Below, piece after piece: positions 61,473-64,000 of a DNA stretch of 64,000 nt. The DNA lies in the IMG/VR virus record IMGVR_UViG_2920951204_000001, positions 1 through 64,000 of that record, one strand, 5' to 3'. Position 1 is the first letter of the stretch, and the number at the start of each line of letters is the position of its first letter. The stretch is from a virus (lineage: Duplodnaviria > Caudoviricetes). Made by a program: the position numbers and the translations under genes. The notes beneath the pieces were generated by a model that saw only the letters and a program-made list of their open reading frames with translations, did no database searches and had not been told where the DNA came from.

Positions 61473-63980
61473 TTAATCTGTTTCCTCTATTCTACCTTCC
61501 AAATCATAAATAACTTCCTGTAACGTTTGCATTCTTACAATAAGCATATTATTAGCATTAGGTGCGTCATCACCATTATCAATGATACATTTCTCACATC
61601 TTTTAATTTCCTTTTCCAATTCACTAATATATTCTCTTATCATACCTTGCACACCAACCAAATCTGGTTGATTTTCGTATTTATATAACTTTTCCAATGG
61701 TATCTGCATAGCATCATTTGCCTCAAAATTAGCTTCAACATACGCATACATTTCTCTTGGCTTTGAAGCAAAATCCCCTAAATTCCATTGTATTTTCTTT
61801 ACTATTTTTTCCATTATATCACCTCAATATTATATTCTCCATCATGTCAGAAACGGAACTGCCTTACGACAATTCCATTCCAAATGAATCTATTATTTCA
61901 TATACAAAAGGAAGCATTGCTGCTCCCTGTTATTTTAAAATTTCGTTTTCTTTTTCATATAATGTTAATAACATTGTTGCCGTCATTCTTCGCATTTTTT
62001 CTGTAGAAGTTAATTTGAATTCGTGTTCCGGATCATTTTTATCCACAAAATTATAATCCTTGTAGATTGTGACTCCTTGTAATTCTTCTGTTACAACTTC
62101 AACAATCATATCTCCACCAAATTCTGCAATGTCCTGTTTTAATTCTTCAATTAAGCACGCACAATCGTAACTTACATTGATTCCTTCATCGTTAATGAAT
62201 CCCATTCTTTATCTCCCTTAATATTTATATTTTCCATTTTCGTCAAAATCATCACATTCAATTTCAATGCGTTCGTCCTCGCCTTCTCTTTCAAAATTTT
62301 GATAATAAGCATTTCCTTTTTGTTCAGAAATCAAAAGCCATAACTCTTCGTCAGTTAAGTCTGGTTTACTATCAATAAATTTTTGAATTTTTTCGTAATC
62401 CACATCTCCATCTTCATTCTGAAATTCTATGTCCCTTTCTGTTTTATTATATTTTTCGAGAATGGTGTGTTCATACACATCGTAATCATAACTATCAATA
62501 ATTTCTTCATTCATAAGCAAATTGAATAATTCATAAAAACTATTTGCTTTATATTTACGTTTCCAAATTCCATTAGTTGATTTGCCACTCCAATATATCG
62601 TACTCATAATTTTCCTCCTAAATTTCTAATTCAAATTGTTTAATAACTTCATCAAGTGTTTTATAACCTTGCCAATCTTTTCCTCTGGTTATCACATTAA
62701 CCGTTGTATACTTGCAACCTTTATGTCTTGCATCTAACTCTGTAGTTAATGTTATCCAATTTCCTGTGTTTCTAGTTTTTTCTTCCAACGCTTTCTTTAC
62801 TTTTTCAAATTTTGTCATATTAATCTACCTTCTTTCTTAATTATTTTTTATCTTTATCACCTTTTTTTATAAAATACTCACCACGAATATATTTACGTTT
62901 AGCATAATCATTGCCATACTTGTTTATATCAAGAAATTGCTGATTTATATCAAATTCTGTATCTTCCGGCTGCTCCGGTTCATGTAGCCAAAAATAAATC
63001 TCCTCGATATGTCCCATAACGTAGCCTACTCCAATACCTAATATTATTGTTATAATCTCTGCCATTCTTTTATTCCTCCTAAAATTTTTTATTTAATTAT
63101 ACTGCCCAATAAGTCCTATAAAAAGGACTTAATACTCATATTTGAAGCATATTTTAATTTATTTTATTATATCATTAAAGTTATATTAAATCTACTCACA
63201 ATCCATTTTAACCTCCTCTCTAAATATGACTTTCAACTCAATTTTTTCTCCCAATATTCATTTGCTTCCTTTGAGCCTCTAATATATAGCGCCACTTGTT
63301 TGCCTTTCTGAAAACACTTAGGACAAAGTTTCCCATGATAAGGCATCTCATCATCAATGGAATACATTCTGTTTCCACAATCAGTGAAAAAGAATGTTCC
63401 ATGTCCGTTCTCTTCTGGTAAAACTCTATGTGTTTTTATATTTTAGTAATACGGTTCATATCCAGATTCCATACTTCCCCGCTTACGTTCAATCGCATAA
63501 CTTTCACCTTCACCAATATATTTACCATCTCTGAAAATATAATTTGCATTTTCTCTAATCCAAGGATATTCTGGATTGTCTTTGTTCTCTTCCAGACATT
63601 CCTGCCAGATTTTTTCAAAATCTTTTCTGCACTGACGTTTGCTTTTTCTTTCAGATGCTACCAACTGATTTCCTGGATAATAATATCCACCTTCAGCCGG
63701 TTCATATATTGGATATTCCTCATAATGACTTATGTATCTCATAGTAAACACCTACCTTTCACTTGAATTTTCCGATTCATTAGTTTTCTTTAATCCAATT
63801 CTTTACATATTCAACAGCCTTATCTTTTTCAAAAGTTCCATGACTATGACCATCTGTATAACACTCTTCTTCAAAAATGCATTCGGCAACGATTGAATCA
63901 AGCTCATGTGCATTTTCTCTTGCGGTATTATATTTATTTAACATATCATCATAACTTTCGTAATAAGAAGATATTGCCAT
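61473..63980 (-). other. Small early hypothetical genes (61473-61814, 61930-62205, 62218-62607, 62618-62818, 62841-63065, 63443-63751, 63780-63980)
   Basis: Minus-strand ORFs, mostly with SDs, often acidic. Confidence 0.65.
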
Positions 63981-64000
63981 TTCTATTTCATCATCACTAT

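Larger units (their letters stand above)
4207..63780. repeat. Dispersed 18-bp palindromic site family A(T/A/G)GAAA-N6-(T/A)TTC(A/T/C)T
   Basis: Starts at 4207, 9304, 9986, 11142, 12236, 25189, 25741, 27917, 28452, 30049, 31942, 32239, 33721, 37346, 38705, 38941, 41232, 42909, 43109, 43759, 45476, 58301, 60081, 60316, 60548, 61884, 63763; nearly all at gene junctions. Confidence 0.85.
1..64000 (-). mobile_element. Early/replication arm of a large SPbeta-like temperate phage or prophage
   Basis: Unidirectional dense small ORFs; SSB-AAA-helicase-primase-RecJ-DnaE block; NrdDG, dUTPase, excisionase, phage-type MTases; no host housekeeping operons. Confidence 0.93.

Noticed and set aside
33003-63236. 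Extra copies of the 6-N6-6 site at about 33003, 44783 and 63219
   Set aside because: Located at junctions but arms or spacing are too degenerate to count
1152-63766. Many + strand ORFs in the track
   Set aside because: Antisense shadows of real minus-strand genes with no motifs; only 32073-32273 (inverted fragment) and 56576-56788 are credible

Overview
AT-rich 64-kb segment of a large temperate Firmicutes (Clostridia/Lachnospiraceae-like) phage or prophage with SPbeta-like organisation. Almost everything is transcribed on the minus strand. Right to left: small early genes, toxin-antitoxin genes and a tyrosine recombinase; an SOS-box promoter driving a sigma-like factor and a DUF262 protein; an accessory region (tRNA-Gln, DNA methyltransferases, RNA ligase/PNK, radical SAM, PAPS-reductase family); the replication block (SSB-like, AAA ATPase, helicase, primase, RecJ, DnaE); nucleotide metabolism (ligase, kinase, NrdDG, dUTPase); and an excisionase. 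nrdD and dnaE each carry a group I intron at a catalytic motif, and four TnpB genes are present. Two candidate novel systems stand out. (1) About 27 copies of an 18-bp palindromic site, A(T/A/G)GAAA-N6-(T/A)TTC(A/T/C)T, sit at junctions between accessory genes. The only two copies sharing a 6-bp core bound a precise inversion that splits a gene, suggesting an integron-like cassette-shuffling system. (2) A TnpB with no visible transposon ends is preceded by a free omega-RNA-like scaffold and a type II-A-like CRISPR mini-array with an ATTTGAG leader-anchoring sequence, with no cas genes in the window. All calls come from reading the sequence by eye; no searches or folding programs were run.
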